In this document: positions 37,217-47,568 of the stretch, one piece after another | How the letters are laid out: each line of letters begins with the position of its first letter | How positions within the stretch are numbered: position 1 is the stretch's first letter | Source: Oceanispirochaeta sp. | GTDB lineage: Bacteria; Spirochaetota; Spirochaetia; DSM-2461 | Length of the DNA: 64,000 nt | Direction: 5' to 3' | Assembly (NCBI GenBank): GCA_963663385.2 | Contig: CAXXXD010000003.1 | Location: forward strand, 32,001-96,000 | Made by a program: the position numbers and the translations under genes | Notes under the pieces: generated by a model | Databases searched by the model: none | The model's input: the letters and a program-made list of their open reading frames with translations, nothing else | What the model was told of the DNA's origin: nothing

Positions 37217-38067
37217 TGACGCAAGCGCTCCCTGTTCAGATCCGCCCGGCCTCTCTGGCCGCCCGTTCCATGGTAGAGGAGGTTCTTCTCTCTCCCAAAC
37301 CGGGACTGGTGGATGCCCTGGACAACGGCGCTCACCCGGATATGGATCTGTCCCTGTTTCTGGCAAGCGCAGAAACTGTTCGGCCCTATCTGGAGGAAAT
37401 CGAACGGGTGACTCCCTCTGAAGGGGATTCCCGGAGCATACTCGAAGTAATCCGGCCTGTGGGGATCCTGGCGGAACAGGCCATGTTTAAGGCTACCGGG
37501 GGTGTGAATACCCATAAAGGCCAGATTTTTTCGCTGGGGATCTGTACGGCGGCGGCCAAACGGACTCCGGGAGGGGCTCTGTGTGTTCTGGACGAAGCAT
37601 CCCGTATCTGCTCAGGCATAAGCGGAGAGCTTCATATTTCTCCCGGTCCGGCGGATGAATCAGTCAGTAATGGTCAGAAGGCTTTTCAAAAGTACGGAAG
37701 CACCGGGATAAGGGGCGAAGCAGAGAGGGGCTTTCCCTCTGTCCGCTGCCATGCCCTGCCAGCCTACCGGCGTATCCTGGCCTGTGGCGGAAACAGGGAG
37801 GAAGCGGCTCTGGAAGCCCTTATGACCCTTATGACGGTTGCGGAGGACAGCAATGTCCTTCACCGCCGCGGTATGGAAGGGCTTGCTATACTGAGAAGTC
37901 TGGCCGGGGAATTCCTTCTCTCCGGAGGTATGCTCCGGAAGGATGCCTTTTCCTGCCTGAAGGAGATGAATTCCCTTTTTATCCGGGAAAATATCTCTCC
38001 CGGAGGCTGTGCCGATCTTCTGGCGCTGACCCTCTTTCTTGCTGCTCTGGAGGACGACCATGGATAA
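37216..38067 (+). CDS. citG: triphosphoribosyl-dephospho-CoA synthase
   Basis: PKPGLVD, ATGGVNTHKGQIF, ISPGGCADLL. Confidence 0.95.
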   Translation: MTQALPVQIRPASLAARSMVEEVLLSPKPGLVDALDNGAHPDMDLSLFLASAETVRPYLEEIERVTPSEGDSRSILEVIRPVGILAEQAMFKATGGVNTHKGQIFSLGICTAAAKRTPGGALCVLDEASRICSGISGELHISPGPADESVSNGQKAFQKYGSTGIRGEAERGFPSVRCHALPAYRRILACGGNREEAALEALMTLMTVAEDSNVLHRRGMEGLAILRSLAGEFLLSGGMLRKDAFSCLKEMNSLFIRENISPGGCADLLALTLFLAALEDDHG

Positions 38068-38572
38068 ACTGGTTACCCTGCCGGAAATGCTGGCGGCCAG
38101 GGAGGAGCGTTTTGCCGTAAGACGGGTGTTTTTTCAGAAGGAATCCAATACCCCTGCTTTACTGCAGATAACAGTTAATAGTCCCGGTCCGGGTAAAAAC
38201 AGTGATAAAATCCGTCATATATTCGATACCTGTATAATGCTGATAGGGAAAGAGTTTCCTTCGGCAAAGGTTCTTCCCGTTTCATCCCGAAATAAAAACA
38301 GCGGACCCGAGGGGTTTATCAGCCTTTGTGAACCGGCCCGGGAGATTAAAGAGGTTGTCTGCCGTCTGGAGGAAGAACACCCCCTGGGGCGGTTGTGGGA
38401 TATCGATGTTTTTACCACTCCCGTCAGTTCGGTTTCCCGGCAGGATATCGGCCTGGATGAACGAAAATGTTTTCTGTGCGGCGATTCCGCCCATGCCTGT
38501 GCCCGATCGAAGAAGCATTCCCTGGAGGAGGTCCTCAGTTATATTGATGCCCTTTACAGGGATCACGCGTGA
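38060..38572 (+). CDS. citX: apo-citrate lyase phosphoribosyl-dephospho-CoA transferase
   Basis: LPEMLAAREER, HPLGRLWDIDV, RKCFLC..CARSKKH. Confidence 0.95.
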   Translation: MDKLVTLPEMLAAREERFAVRRVFFQKESNTPALLQITVNSPGPGKNSDKIRHIFDTCIMLIGKEFPSAKVLPVSSRNKNSGPEGFISLCEPAREIKEVVCRLEEEHPLGRLWDIDVFTTPVSSVSRQDIGLDERKCFLCGDSAHACARSKKHSLEEVLSYIDALYRDHA

Positions 38573-38620
38573 ATGTTTCGGACTATGCGAGTTAATTGTT
38601 CCATAGTAAGATGGATGGTA

Positions 38621-41600
38621 ATGAAAAGCCGGTTCATTCTCTTCTGTTTTCTTATCCCTTCACTCCTTCTTTCTGCTGCTGAACCGGGTAAAAGGAGTTA
38701 TCACTTCTCCTATCTGACCATGGACCAGGGGCTTTCAAGCAATGCGGTATACTGTATGCTTCAGGACTCTTCCGGGTATATGTGGTTTGGTACTTTCAGC
38801 GGACTCAACCGGTACGACGGCCGGAGCACCCAGGTTTTCAGACCCCGTATCGGCGATTCCGGCAGCCTCGGCAGTTCTGTTATTTTCTCTCTTCTGGAAG
38901 ACAGGGACGGCCGGCTCTGGGTCGGTACGGATGGAGGAGGCCTGAGTCTGTTCAACCGGGAGACCCTGGATTTTTCCTCTTTCCGTAATGATCCGGACAA
39001 TCCCCTCAGCCTGTCAAGTAATCAGGTTTTCGCTCTGGAGGAGGATCATTCCGGCCGTCTCTGGATAGGTACGGCAGGAGGAGGACTCTGCCTCTACCGG
39101 GGGGAGGGGCTCTTCTTCATACTAGACCAGGAGAATTCCTCCCTGGTCAGCAACAGAATCCGGACCCTTTACTGTGATAAAGAGGGAATCCTCTGGATCG
39201 GAACCGAAAAAGGACTGTCCCTTTATGATACGGAATCCGGGCATTTCCTATCTTCCGACTCCGTAACAGGCATGCCCCTGCTGGACAATCTTTTTATACG
39301 GGATATAAAAGCCGACGCCCTGGGGAATGTCTGGCTTGGTACGGAAAAAGGTCTCTTTCTGTTTAATAGGAAGGAGGGCGTTTTATCTTCCTTCTCCCTT
39401 CCCCGGGAAGTCTCAGTCCGCTCAATCAGCCTGGACAGTATGAGCCTCTGGATTGGAACGGAGCGTTCGGGTGTTCTCATATATGACTTTATGAAGGACT
39501 CCTGGGATACCCTGCGCTCAACCGGAAAGGACGGTTCTCTCAGTTATGATAAAATCCGCAGCCTTTACAGGGATCATAACGGTCTTGTCTGGATTGCTAC
39601 CAGAGGAGGCGGGGTTAACCTCTACAATCCGGCGGTCTCTCTGATGGAAACCCATAATGAACTGAAGGATATCCGTAATATGGTTGAACGGAGGGACGGA
39701 TCCATCTGGATCGGTACCGACGGGAGCGGAATCGGTGTACTGGACAGACAGAGCGGCCGGATAAAATCCTGCGTCCTCAGCCCTTCTGATTCTCAGTCGG
39801 ATAACGACCATGTTTACTCATTTATGGAGGATTCCGGGGGCACTCTCTGGATCGGTACCGACGGGAGCGGCCTTTATCGTCTGCCCCCTGGAAAATCACC
39901 GGAGGAGGCGGAGCATTTCCCTCTGCATAACCCGGATACGGGAGCTTCCAGGCGAATGACTGTCTGGGCGATACTGGAGGATGCCGATGGGAATGTCTGG
40001 GTCGGGACAGAAGGTGAGGGCCTTTATGTGATACAGGGGGATAATATCAGCCATTACGGACACGAGCCGGAAGATCCCGAAAGCCTGAACGGCAATGCCG
40101 TCCGTTGTCTTTTTGAAGATTCCCGGGGCAAAATCTGGGTTGGAACCTGGGACGGCGGCCTGAACCTGTATAAACGGAATACCGGTAAATTCAAAAGATT
40201 TGTCCGTTCCGCATCTCTTCCCGGAAGCCTGAGCGATAACAGCGTTAATGTTATCCTGGAAGACTCTTCCGGCCGGCTCTGGGTGGGAACCTCCGGCGGC
40301 GGTGTGGACATTTATGATCCGGGAGAGGGGCGTTTTCAGAATATTTCCACTCAGGACGGACTGGCCGGAGACAATATATACGGTATTCTGGAAGACGGCC
40401 GGAAAAATATCTGGTTATCCACAGATACAGGGCTTTCCCGTATAGGACCGGGAATTGACTCTGTATTGAACTACAGCCGGGCTGACGGTCTTCTGGCAAA
40501 TGAGTTTTCCCAGAATGCCTACTTCAAAGCTTCCGACGGAACCCTTTTCTGGGGCGGTCCCAGGGGGATCTCCTCGTTTCATCCCTCTGCTCTGTCCGGA
40601 GAGAGCCATCCTTCGGATATTGTTATAACAGGTTTAAGTATTCACAATATTCCCATAGGCATTGGAGAGGAATATGATGGCCGGGTTCTCCTTGATAAGG
40701 ATGTATCCCTGAAGGAGGAGATTATCCTGCCCTATACAGCCAATAATCTGAGTTTCCGTTTTTCCATCCTCTCCTATATTGATCCCACCAAGCATCACTA
40801 TTCGGTACAGTTGATAGGCCTGGAGGAGCATCCCCGGTTTCTGGGGAACCGTAATGAAGTCAGCTATGCCCTGATTCCTCCCGGTGACTACACCCTGAAG
40901 CTGACCGGAACGGATCATAACGGGCTTCATACCACTCAGGAAAAGGAGCTGCATATCCGGGTTCTGGCGCCTTTCTGGATGAATCCGCTGTTCCTGTCTT
41001 TTTCATTGCTCTTCGTTTTTTCCCTTTTTGCTCTGGGATTCTGGCTCCGCCTCCGGTTCCTCCATAAAAACAATGAACAGCTCCGGAACTTCACCATGCA
41101 TATGGAGAAGGCAAGGGAAGAGGAAAGGAAATCCGCGGCCAGAGAGTATCATGATGAACTGGGACAGCAGCTGACTGCCATGAAATTCGATCTTTTCTGG
41201 CTTAACGGGCACCCCCAGGCGGAAGAGGGCGTTCGCAGGGAAAAAATCGCCTCCCTGCTGGATGTGGTAAACGATGCCATCGGATCGGTCAGGTCCATAT
41301 CAACCAATCTGCGTCCCAAGGTGCTGGATAACCTCTCTTTGAAGGAGGCGCTTGAGTGGCAGAGCCGCCGTTTTACCAAAAGGACTGCCATCCCGCTGGC
41401 TCTGGATATACATATGGAGACTCCTTTAATGAGGAATGATCCTGACGGAGAGGTGAAAACAGCGGTTTTCCGTATGTATCAGGAGATTCTTACCAATGTT
41501 ATCCGGCACTCCGGAGCCGATGCTGTTGAAGTTCGAATCACCCGGGACCGTGAGGAATTCCGTCTTATGGTCCGGGATAACGGCATAGGAATCGGAAAAT

Positions 41601-41737
41601 TTGATATAAATAAGAATAACTCTTTCGGATTGATCGGTATACGGGAACGCTGCCGTCATCTGAACGGCCGGTTTCTGATTGATAATCATCCCGAGGGAGG
41701 AACGGTGGTAAGGATTATCCTGCCTCTGAAGGAGTGA
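38621..41737 (+). CDS. sensor kinase with beta-propeller (Reg_prop)/Y_Y_Y ectodomain and HisKA_3
   Basis: Signal peptide, many D..G.LW(I/V)GT..GL repeats, one TM, AREYHDELGQQLT, QEILTNVIRH, DNGIG. Confidence 0.92.
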   Translation: MKSRFILFCFLIPSLLLSAAEPGKRSYHFSYLTMDQGLSSNAVYCMLQDSSGYMWFGTFSGLNRYDGRSTQVFRPRIGDSGSLGSSVIFSLLEDRDGRLWVGTDGGGLSLFNRETLDFSSFRNDPDNPLSLSSNQVFALEEDHSGRLWIGTAGGGLCLYRGEGLFFILDQENSSLVSNRIRTLYCDKEGILWIGTEKGLSLYDTESGHFLSSDSVTGMPLLDNLFIRDIKADALGNVWLGTEKGLFLFNRKEGVLSSFSLPREVSVRSISLDSMSLWIGTERSGVLIYDFMKDSWDTLRSTGKDGSLSYDKIRSLYRDHNGLVWIATRGGGVNLYNPAVSLMETHNELKDIRNMVERRDGSIWIGTDGSGIGVLDRQSGRIKSCVLSPSDSQSDNDHVYSFMEDSGGTLWIGTDGSGLYRLPPGKSPEEAEHFPLHNPDTGASRRMTVWAILEDADGNVWVGTEGEGLYVIQGDNISHYGHEPEDPESLNGNAVRCLFEDSRGKIWVGTWDGGLNLYKRNTGKFKRFVRSASLPGSLSDNSVNVILEDSSGRLWVGTSGGGVDIYDPGEGRFQNISTQDGLAGDNIYGILEDGRKNIWLSTDTGLSRIGPGIDSVLNYSRADGLLANEFSQNAYFKASDGTLFWGGPRGISSFHPSALSGESHPSDIVITGLSIHNIPIGIGEEYDGRVLLDKDVSLKEEIILPYTANNLSFRFSILSYIDPTKHHYSVQLIGLEEHPRFLGNRNEVSYALIPPGDYTLKLTGTDHNGLHTTQEKELHIRVLAPFWMNPLFLSFSLLFVFSLFALGFWLRLRFLHKNNEQLRNFTMHMEKAREEERKSAAREYHDELGQQLTAMKFDLFWLNGHPQAEEGVRREKIASLLDVVNDAIGSVRSISTNLRPKVLDNLSLKEALEWQSRRFTKRTAIPLALDIHMETPLMRNDPDGEVKTAVFRMYQEILTNVIRHSGADAVEVRITRDREEFRLMVRDNGIGIGKFDINKNNSFGLIGIRERCRHLNGRFLIDNHPEGGTVVRIILPLKE

Positions 41738-41741
41738 GACT

Positions 41742-42380
41742 GTGCATAAGCTTCTAATTGTTGATGATCATCCACTGGTACGGAAAGGACTCTGTCAGAT
41801 TCTCCGGGAGGAAATCCCCCTTGCCGTACTGGATGAGCTTTTTAACGGGAATGATGTGCTTCCCAGAGTGGAAGAGACTGCCTACGATGTGATCATACTG
41901 GATATTTCCCTGCCGGGAAAAGACGGATTGGAAGTATTGAAGGATCTCCATTTCTACCATCCCGGAATTCCCGTGCTGATCCTGAGCATTCAGCCTGAGA
42001 GCCAGTATGCCCTCCGGGCATTGAAACTGGGCGCTTCGGGGTGTCTGAACAAGGCTTCGGCTCCGGAGGAACTGGTGGATGCGGTTCGTCAGGTTTTACG
42101 GGGCGGGCGCTATCTTTCTCCAAAGGTAAGCCAGCTGCTTCTGGAGGACTACCAGAATGTCCATGCCGACGAACCCCATACACATCTGTCCGAACGGGAG
42201 TATCAGGTCATGATTATGCTTGCATCGGGGATGACTTCGAGTGAAATTTCGGAGCAGCTGAACCTCAGTATCAAGACGGTAAGCACCTACAGGTCCCGGC
42301 TGCTGCAGAAGATGAATCTGAAGAATAATGCTCAGTTAACTTACTATGCGGTAAAGCATAATCTTATATCCGGAACCTGA
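41742..42380 (+). CDS. NarL/UvrY-family response regulator
   Basis: VDDHPLVR, LDISLPG, LSERE..LSIKTVSTYRSR LuxR HTH. Confidence 0.93.
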   Translation: MHKLLIVDDHPLVRKGLCQILREEIPLAVLDELFNGNDVLPRVEETAYDVIILDISLPGKDGLEVLKDLHFYHPGIPVLILSIQPESQYALRALKLGASGCLNKASAPEELVDAVRQVLRGGRYLSPKVSQLLLEDYQNVHADEPHTHLSEREYQVMIMLASGMTSSEISEQLNLSIKTVSTYRSRLLQKMNLKNNAQLTYYAVKHNLISGT

Positions 42381-42398
42381 TTTCCGAACTCTCTGTTT

Positions 42399-42416
42399 TG
42401 TAGGAGAAATCCTACA
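42399..42416 (+). promoter_or_regulatory. NarL/GacA-type palindrome upstream of tctC
   Basis: TGTAGG-AGAAAT-CCTACA; extra half-site TCCTACA at 42433-42439. Confidence 0.7.
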
Positions 42417-42526
42417 GACCTTTCCTTTCACCTCCTACATCCCATTCCTGAATTCCCCTTTTACAATATTTTCAGATTGAGCTGAGAAACCGGTTCATAT
42501 ACCAAAAGATTCAAAGGAGATTTGTT

Positions 42527-43534
42527 ATGCGAAAGGGAAAAATTTTTTCCATTATCCTGACCCTGATTTTTGCCTTATCCATGGGACTGGCTGCAGAAGG
42601 ACAGAGCGAAGATTCTGCCAAAGGGAATCCTGCGTACCCCAAGGGTGTTCTTGATTTTGTAGCTCCCGGCGGGGCAGGCGGCGGTTGGGACCTGACCATC
42701 CGTACAACTGCCAAGGTTCTGAAAGACACGGGTCTGGTAAAAGTTCCCATGCCTGTCAGAAACAACCCCGGTGCAGGCGGTTCCGTTCATCTTACCAGTC
42801 TGCAGGAGAAAAAAGGTTCAGACAAAATCATTACGGTATATTCCTCTCCTCTTATTCTGACACAGCTGAACGGCACAACAGATCTTGGGTATCAGGATGT
42901 GACACCCCTGGCTTCACTGATAGCAGACTATGCCGTGTTTGTTGTAGCCGCAGACTCTCCCTATCAGACTATGGCCGATCTGATGGATGCTCTCAAAAAA
43001 GATATTAAAAGTGTAAAAATCGGCGGCGTTTCTTCAGTCGGTTCCATGGATCATATTCAGTTCCTGATGATGGCCAAGGCCGCGGGGATCAGTAATCTGG
43101 ATGAAATCGACTATGTCAGCTTTGATGATTCCGCTACGGCACAGGTTCTGGGAGGGCATATCGACATGTTTTCAACAGGGCTGTCCGAAGTTCTCGGGCT
43201 GATCGAAAGCGGCGACCTGAGGGCCCTTGCCCAGACGGCTGATCATCGTGTTGGAGAAGGCGTTGTGGGAGAAATCCCCACCTGTATAGAACAGGGCATT
43301 AATGAAACTTTTGTAAACTGGAGAGGCCTGTTCGGTACACCTGATATGCCCGACTATGCCGTTGAATACTGGAGAAACACTCTGGCTGAAATGGTTAAGA
43401 CTCCCGAATGGAAAGCAGCCTGTGATACAAACGGGTGGGACGATGCCTATCTGGATGCTCCTGAATTTGATGCTTTTCTGGCAAAAGTCAACGAAAACTA
43501 TAAGACCATTCTGTCTGACATCGGAATGTATTAA
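42527..43534 (+). CDS. tctC: tripartite tricarboxylate transporter substrate-binding protein
   Basis: APGGAGGGWDLTIR, NNPGAGG, NWRGLFG. Confidence 0.93.
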   Translation: MRKGKIFSIILTLIFALSMGLAAEGQSEDSAKGNPAYPKGVLDFVAPGGAGGGWDLTIRTTAKVLKDTGLVKVPMPVRNNPGAGGSVHLTSLQEKKGSDKIITVYSSPLILTQLNGTTDLGYQDVTPLASLIADYAVFVVAADSPYQTMADLMDALKKDIKSVKIGGVSSVGSMDHIQFLMMAKAAGISNLDEIDYVSFDDSATAQVLGGHIDMFSTGLSEVLGLIESGDLRALAQTADHRVGEGVVGEIPTCIEQGINETFVNWRGLFGTPDMPDYAVEYWRNTLAEMVKTPEWKAACDTNGWDDAYLDAPEFDAFLAKVNENYKTILSDIGMY

Positions 43535-43607
43535 TTGAAAGGAAAGGGACTGTCAAAAGGCTGTTTAACCCGGCTTTTCTGATGGTCCCTTTATACTGGA
43601 GGAAACT

Positions 43608-44078
43608 GTGAGTTTATCTTTATTGCCGTCCCTGATGTGTTTTGTTCTGGGGGTGGTTTATACCACAGCGACATTTATGCTGCCTGATGCTTCCGTGGGA
43701 AGAGCGTACGAACCTAAAATCTTTCCCATGATGCTGGGATTCGCCCTGATTATTCTGTCTCTCAGCCTTCTGGCAAGAGAATTCAAAGCGCAGAAAACAG
43801 AACAGAAGAAAGAAAAGCTTCCTTTATATAAAGAAGCCGGATTCCGTAAAATCCTGTTAACCTGTCTGTTTTCTGTCATTTATGCCATGTTATTCGATAA
43901 AATCGGATATGTGATCAGCACGGTTATTTTTCTGGAACTGGAACTGGTGCTGTTCAACGGCAGAAAAAACTGGAAAGTCAATACGGCTGTTGCTCTTCTG
44001 TTCAGCCTGTTTATCTATATTGTGTTTTCCAAGCTCCTGGGTGTCTATCTTCCCCTGACGCCGGGCATTTGGATTTGA
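43608..44078 (+). CDS. tctB: tripartite tricarboxylate transporter small membrane subunit
   Basis: Four TM segments, PKIFP, FSKLLGVYLP; lies between tctC and tctA. Confidence 0.9.
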   Translation: MSLSLLPSLMCFVLGVVYTTATFMLPDASVGRAYEPKIFPMMLGFALIILSLSLLAREFKAQKTEQKKEKLPLYKEAGFRKILLTCLFSVIYAMLFDKIGYVISTVIFLELELVLFNGRKNWKVNTAVALLFSLFIYIVFSKLLGVYLPLTPGIWI

Positions 44079-44088
44079 GGTAATAAGT

Positions 44089-45591
44089 ATGGAAACATTA
44101 TCATTTCTGCTGGATGGATTTATGGTCGCCCTGACCCCTATGAATCTGATATGGGTCACAATCGGCGGTTTTCTTGGAACCATCATAGGTATGCTCCCCG
44201 GTCTGGGACCGGCAACAGGCGTTGCGGTACTCCTTCCCCTTACCTTTTCAATGGGTCCGACCGCTGCCCTCATTACCATGGGCGGCGTATATTACGGCGC
44301 CATGTACGGTGGTTCAAGAGCGTCTATCCTGATCAACACACCGGGTGACGGAGCTGCCGTTGCTGCAACTTTTGACGGTTACCCCATGACTTTAAAGGGA
44401 CGGGCCGAGTCTGCTCTGGCCGTCTCGGCAATCGCCTCTTTTATCGGCGGAGTCTTTGCAACCTTCTGTATGGTTGTCATTGCCATCCCCGTGGCCCGGT
44501 TTGCCCTGAAGTTCGGCCCCGCCGAATACTTCATGCTCTTTATATTCGCTCTTTCCGCCACCGCATCCATGACGGAAGGCAATCGTTTGAGAGGTTTTAT
44601 CGCTACCATCCTGGGGCTGATGATCGCTACTATCGGTATAGACGGTCAGTCCGGGGTAAGCCGTTTTACCATGGGCATACTGGAACTGCAGAGCGGAATT
44701 GATTTTCTGATTGTGATAATTGCCGTGTATGCTCTGGGTGAGGTTTTCAAGAGCTTTAAAAATATCGATACAGGCAACACAAATGTGCAGAAGAAGTTCG
44801 GCCGGATATGGCTCTCCAGGGAAGAATGGAAACGTTCTGTGTGGCCCATTCTGAGAAGCGCTCCTGTCGGATTTTTTGTGGGAGCTCTTCCCGGCGCCGG
44901 TGGTACAATGGCTTCACTCATGTCCTATAACAATGAGAAACAGATTTCCAAACATCCCGAGGAATTCGGAAAAGGGGCAATCGAGGGGCTTGCTGCTCCC
45001 GAATCCGCCAATAATGCGGCTTCCGTGGGTGCCATGATTCCTATGCTGACCCTGGGGATCCCCGGTTCGGGGACGACAGCGGTAATGATGGGGGCCCTTC
45101 TTCTGTTAGGTTTGCAGCCGGGCCCCATGCTCTTTCAGCAGCAGCCTCTGATTATCTGGGGACTTATTGCCAGTATGTTTGTCGGGAATGTCATTCTGGC
45201 CGTGATGAATATACCTCTGGCGGGACTGCTTGTAAGGGTTCTCTCCGTCCCGCCCAAAATTCTTTACCCGATTGTACTGGGACTGGCATTTGTCGGGGCT
45301 TACGCCATCAGCTACAGTGTTATGGATTTTTACCTGCTCGTTCTGTTTGGACTTGCCGGATACTTTATGAGCAAGACAAAGTTCCCCGCCACCCCCATGA
45401 TCCTGGCGGTTATCGTTGGAAACAATATGGAACAGTCCTTCAGACGGGCCTATAAAATCGCGGATGGAGATATCGGTATCTTTTTCGGCTCTCCCATCTG
45501 TCTGATTCTGTTTGCTTTAACAGTCTTCTCAGTTGCCTATCCAATCATCCGGGGATTGCTGAATAAAAGGCGGGCTACGGTTTCCGCCTGA
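44089..45591 (+). CDS. tctA: tripartite tricarboxylate transporter large membrane subunit
   Basis: GMLPGLGP, YYGAMYGGS, APESANNA, LTLGIPGS. Confidence 0.95.
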   Translation: METLSFLLDGFMVALTPMNLIWVTIGGFLGTIIGMLPGLGPATGVAVLLPLTFSMGPTAALITMGGVYYGAMYGGSRASILINTPGDGAAVAATFDGYPMTLKGRAESALAVSAIASFIGGVFATFCMVVIAIPVARFALKFGPAEYFMLFIFALSATASMTEGNRLRGFIATILGLMIATIGIDGQSGVSRFTMGILELQSGIDFLIVIIAVYALGEVFKSFKNIDTGNTNVQKKFGRIWLSREEWKRSVWPILRSAPVGFFVGALPGAGGTMASLMSYNNEKQISKHPEEFGKGAIEGLAAPESANNAASVGAMIPMLTLGIPGSGTTAVMMGALLLLGLQPGPMLFQQQPLIIWGLIASMFVGNVILAVMNIPLAGLLVRVLSVPPKILYPIVLGLAFVGAYAISYSVMDFYLLVLFGLAGYFMSKTKFPATPMILAVIVGNNMEQSFRRAYKIADGDIGIFFGSPICLILFALTVFSVAYPIIRGLLNKRRATVSA

Positions 45592-45616
45592 TCCATTAAA
45601 AATCCAACTCCTTTTT

Positions 45617-45652
45617 ATCCCGGTGAAACCCTCCGTTTTCACCGGGATTTTT
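45617..45652 (+). terminator. rho-independent terminator after tctA
   Basis: ATCCCGGTGAAA / TTTCACCGGGAT followed by a T run. Confidence 0.8.
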
Positions 45653-45729
45653 GCGTAAAAGCGGGATAGTTCTTTTAAAAAACGCAAAAAACGCTTGCAT
45701 GCTTTATACGCTCTATCTACTATGGAGTT

Positions 45730-47334
45730 ATGAAAAAAACAATTCGTAAAGATAATATTGATGGGAATTTTGAGCTGGCTGTTAAAGTTCCTTTACTGAA
45801 AAAAATTCTGATAATCCTGTTTTTCCTCTCTTTCCTGATTATTGCGCAGGATGTGCTGAAGAGAGCAGTACTGGAGTCCTTTATTCTACACGGAGTTCTT
45901 CCTCTGGTGATATTGTCAGCCCTCATGGGGATCCGAAAAGAGTATTATACTGTAACGAGTAATCTGTTTTTTTCGCTCTGTGTTATCATCCTTGTTTTAC
46001 TGCGGATTCGGACAGGTTACGAAGGACCGCAATCTCTCCCGCTTTTTGCCGTTATCATCGGCTCCTTTGTTGTATTTGCCTCTGTTTTTGTTACCCCCGG
46101 GATGATGAAAACCCTGATAGGGATTTACGATGTCACTTTTATTCTATTTATTATTCTCTCTTTTTTTCAGATCTCTGCCAGGGGGCTGGAAGATAAGGTT
46201 AATCTCCAAATCCTCTATCCCTCCATTGCGGTTATTACCATCTCCACAGGTCTTGTCTTTATACGAAGGATCTCAGATACACTTCTCTCCCGGGTAAAAC
46301 GGACCCTTGAAGATGTCGAGTCAATGAATGAAAAAAACCACAATATTATGACAGAGGCAGCTCTTCAGCTGGATAAAGCGGATATCCTGCTGCATGAAGC
46401 CAGGGAAACAGCCAGCGCCGGAACGGAGATAGAGATGAATGTCAAGAATCTCAATAACCGGATTCAGGATCAGAACAACCGTTTTACCCACACCGAGGAG
46501 GAGCTCGGGCTTGTTCGTAACAGTATGGATACTCTTTTTTCTCTTTCCCGGAATCAGAGCGATCAGATTCATGAATCAGGTTCGGCCATTGAGGAAATGG
46601 CTGCGTCGATTAACAATGTTACCGTTATTATTCATGAAAAGACAAAAGGGATTGATCATCTGCTTTCCAAATCACGGGAAGGGGATGTTGTTGTTAATCA
46701 GACAAGAGACGCTTTCGGGAAAGTTACCGAAAGGCTCGGTTCCATTGCGGACATGACCAGGATGATTTCCAAAATAGCCGCACAGACCAATCTGCTGGCA
46801 ATGAATGCGGCTATTGAGGCAGCCCATGCCGGAGATGCCGGAAGAGGTTTTTCCGTAGTGGCTTCGGAGATCCGCAACCTGGCGGAATCCAGCTCCCGTA
46901 ATGCCAAGGATATTGCCGATACAACAAAAGATCTGGTGAGTTCCATCCATACTGCGGATAAAGAGATTGATTCGACCAGTAAATCCTTTTCAGAAATACA
47001 CGATGAGATTAATGAGCTGTCTCATGCCATTTCGGAAATCGAAATAAGTGCTTCAGAGCTGAACTCCGGAACTGCGGAAATTCTGAGTTCAACAGGACAG
47101 TTAACCTCCATCACCGGTGATATGAATCGTCAGCTGGAGAATGTCCGGGAACATCATGGCGCTATTGTTGCGGATATGGGTGAAGTTTCCCGTATTTCCG
47201 GAGAGTTAAATACGGGTATGGAAGAGATCGAAGTCGGCATAACACTGATACGGGAGTCAATCCATAAAATCAGCGAGCTGTCCAGTGAGCTGAAGACTCA
47301 GAGTGAAGTTCTGAATCAGGAGTTTAATAATTAG
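45730..47334 (+). CDS. methyl-accepting chemotaxis protein with multi-TM sensor
   Basis: About six N-terminal TM segments; [31 protein letters not shown]. Confidence 0.92.
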   Translation: MKKTIRKDNIDGNFELAVKVPLLKKILIILFFLSFLIIAQDVLKRAVLESFILHGVLPLVILSALMGIRKEYYTVTSNLFFSLCVIILVLLRIRTGYEGPQSLPLFAVIIGSFVVFASVFVTPGMMKTLIGIYDVTFILFIILSFFQISARGLEDKVNLQILYPSIAVITISTGLVFIRRISDTLLSRVKRTLEDVESMNEKNHNIMTEAALQLDKADILLHEARETASAGTEIEMNVKNLNNRIQDQNNRFTHTEEELGLVRNSMDTLFSLSRNQSDQIHESGSAIEEMAASINNVTVIIHEKTKGIDHLLSKSREGDVVVNQTRDAFGKVTERLGSIADMTRMISKIAAQTNLLAMNAAIEAAHAGDAGRGFSVVASEIRNLAESSSRNAKDIADTTKDLVSSIHTADKEIDSTSKSFSEIHDEINELSHAISEIEISASELNSGTAEILSSTGQLTSITGDMNRQLENVREHHGAIVADMGEVSRISGELNTGMEEIEVGITLIRESIHKISELSSELKTQSEVLNQEFNN

Positions 47335-47515
47335 AAGTGAAATCCAGCCGCTGCCCGGGACGGGATCTCCTAAATACTAGAGGAAGAAGCCGAAAAAGAG
47401 TGTATTAACCTGGCTGAAAATCAGATTATGACAAATCAGGCCGGATTTTAATCTACCGAGTGAAAAATCTGTTTGTTTACTTGAAAAAAAAGAGAATGGT
47501 AGGTATATATAATAT

Positions 47516-47533
47516 TATTAGCCACCCCTAATA
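47516..47533 (+). promoter_or_regulatory. putative DtxR/MntR-type operator
   Basis: TATTAG-CCACCC-CTAATA just downstream of TTGAAA-N17-TATATA. Confidence 0.55.
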
Positions 47534-47568
47534 GCGAGCTGAACTAAAATCAATTTGAAGGAGTAATT

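Noticed and set aside
35972..37366. 464-aa minus-strand ORF and other long antisense ORFs (e.g. 10753..11928, 8197..9114, 50881..51678)
   Set aside because: Shadow frames opposite well-supported genes, with no recognisable motifs
38700..40560. Recurring TGGATCGGTACCGACGGGAGCGG-like nucleotide repeats
   Set aside because: They are coding repeats of beta-propeller blades
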